Shown here one piece after another: positions 63,048 to 64,000 of a DNA stretch of 64,000 nt (position 1 is the stretch's first letter; each line of letters starts with the position of its first letter). The stretch is from Pseudomonadota bacterium (GTDB lineage: Bacteria > Verrucomicrobiota > Verrucomicrobiia > Limisphaerales > SXTU01), in assembly GCA_009924135.1 (NCBI GenBank), contig RFSE01000011.1:921-64920 (forward strand), in the 5' to 3' direction. Both the position numbers and the translations under genes were made by a program. The notes under the pieces were generated by a model. The model did no database searches. It was not told the origin of the DNA and saw nothing but the letters and a program-made list of their open reading frames with translations.

Positions 63048-64000
63048 TTGAGATTTAGTCCAAAGTCCAAAGTCCAAAGTCCAAAATCGCAGCCTGCCGG
63101 GCGCGCACTGGCCACACGCAGCGCAGCTTCCGCCATTCCGCATTCCGCATTCCGCATTCCACCTTCCCTCGTCCCTGCCCTGCTCGGTTGGTTCGCCGCC
63201 GCCGCACGCGACCTGCCCTGGCGACGCACGCTGGACCCCTACGCCATCTGGATCAGCGAGATCATGCTGCAACAGACGCAGGTGAAGACCGTCATCCCGT
63301 ACTGGGAACGCTGGCTGCGTGAATTGCCGGACGCCGCCGCCCTCGCCGCCGCGCCGGAGCAACGCGTGCTCAAGCTCTGGGAAGGCCTGGGCTATTACAC
63401 GCGCGCCCGCAATTTGCAGAAGGCCGCGCAGCAGGTCGTGAGCACTCACGGAGGCCGCTTCCCGCACGCGTTTGACGCCATTTTGGAATTGCCCGGCGTG
63501 GGCCGCTACACGGCCGGCGCGATTGCCAGCATCGCCTTGAACCAGCCCGCACCCATCGTGGACGGGAACGTCATCCGCGTGCTCACCCGCCTCTTTGCCA
63601 TCGGGGAAAATCCGCGCGACAAGGCGACGAACGAACAGCTCTGGCACCTCGCCACGCAACTGGTGCAGGCCGCCGCTCGAATTACGAATTACGAATTACG
63701 CATCGCGGGGCTGGTCGTTTCCGGAGCGTGTTCGGCGCTGAACCAGTCGCTCATGGAGTTGGGCGCGACGGTCTGCACGCCGCAAAGCCCGCAGTGCCTG
63801 CTGTGCCCGGTACGCCCCCATTGCGCCGCGCACCGGGAGGGCCGCGTCGGCGAACTGCCAAACCTCGGGCCGCGCACCGCGACCACGAGCCGGGAGTTTC
63901 ATGCCTTCGTTGTGAACTGTGACGGAAAGTTGCCTGTGACACAAAGGCCCAGCGGCGGAGTGAATGCGGGCTTGTGGGAGTTTCCGAACGTGGAAGTCAC
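63048..64000 (+). CDS. mutY: A/G-specific adenine DNA glycosylase MutY (3' end outside the window; start unresolved)
   Basis: Own translation; not in the ORF track because there is no stop in the window. From 63180: LLGWFAAAARDLPWRRTLDPYAIWISEIMLQQTQVKTVIPYWERW...GLGYYTRARNL...LPGVGRYTAGAIASIA...VDGNVIRVL...NQSLMELGATVCTPQSPQCLLCPVRPHC (HhH-GPD plus 4Fe-4S Cys cluster). There is no in-frame ATG upstream. Candidate starts are TTG 63048, GTG 63015 and TTG 63012. Confidence 0.85.
   Translation, partial: MRFSPKSKVQSPKSQPAGRALATRSAASAIPHSAFRIPPSLVPALLGWFAAAARDLPWRRTLDPYAIWISEIMLQQTQVKTVIPYWERWLRELPDAAALAAAPEQRVLKLWEGLGYYTRARNLQKAAQQVVSTHGGRFPHAFDAILELPGVGRYTAGAIASIALNQPAPIVDGNVIRVLTRLFAIGENPRDKATNEQLWHLATQLVQAAARITNYELRIAGLVVSGACSALNQSLMELGATVCTPQSPQCLLCPVRPHCAAHREGRVGELPNLGPRTATTSREFHAFVVNCDGKLPVTQRPSGGVNAGLWEFPNVEV
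63057..63084. repeat. perfect heptamer array AGTCCAA x4
   Basis: agtccaa agtccaa agtccaa agtccaa, read directly. Confidence 0.95.
63134..63161. repeat. heptamer array CATTCCG x3 + CATTCCA
   Basis: cattccg cattccg cattccg cattcca, read directly. Ends 18 nt before the first conserved MutY codon. Confidence 0.95.
63678..63698. repeat. perfect heptamer array CGAATTA x3 inside the mutY CDS
   Basis: cgaatta cgaatta cgaatta (21 bp, in frame) encodes RITNYEL. It lies within a segment that is about 18 aa longer than the corresponding E. coli MutY loop before the NQ..M.LGA motif (comparison from memory). Confidence 0.9.

Overview
High-GC bacterial chromosomal segment: hand counts on sampled 60-nt lines give about 60-65% GC in most genes. 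The gene content points to the PVC superphylum, probably Verrucomicrobiota; this is inference only, nothing was searched. The indicators are PSCyt1-type cytochrome c proteins, DUF1080, DUF3500, two ThuA-like proteins, Gfo/Idh/MocA, two PQQ-like beta-propellers and an RCC1-repeat protein. About 50 protein genes are supported. They include central metabolism and transport genes (class I aminotransferase, korA/korB, glpK, lactate permease, MFS, MscS-cNMP channel). They also include housekeeping genes (lpxA, radC, hflX, prc, rnhC, mutY). A translationally coupled T2SS/type IV pilus-like module is present (ATPase, GspL/PilMN-like fusion, PilO/GspM-like protein, secretin). Directly upstream on the same strand lies an exopolysaccharide export block: disrupted outer-membrane barrel, Wza-like exporter, Wzc-like tyrosine kinase, GT2 and GT4. 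All 19 genes from about 33.1 to 59.8 kb are on the minus strand. I saw no rRNA, tRNA, CRISPR array, transposase or phage genes. The ORF track uses ATG/GTG/TTG starts and contains many long antisense artefact ORFs typical of high-GC DNA; several real genes were trimmed to internal starts. The most unusual content is repeat architecture. (1) Tandem heptanucleotide arrays occur at 7 or more loci, often as array-core-array units, with 3 copies (frame-preserving) inside lctP and mutY and 4-6 copies outside clearly conserved coding sequence. They fill the rnhC-mutY spacer and the probable mutY 5' end. (2) A roughly 155-bp MITE-like element is present twice, plus one diverged copy. Its arms are triple ATCCGTG-type iterons spaced one helical turn apart, and solo arms sit upstream of gene starts. 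(3) GC-rich REP-like hairpins are abundant. Several genes carry lesions: the outer-membrane barrel (in-frame TAG plus a C8 homopolymer frameshift), vapC (frameshift), and korB (in-frame loss of the TPP-binding segment). Lower-GC orphan islets lie at about 1.95-4.3 kb, 11.9-12.8 kb and 26.65-27.1 kb. No single locus could be proven to be a new system from sequence alone. The heptamer-array and iteron-arm elements and the minimal secretion module are the best candidates.
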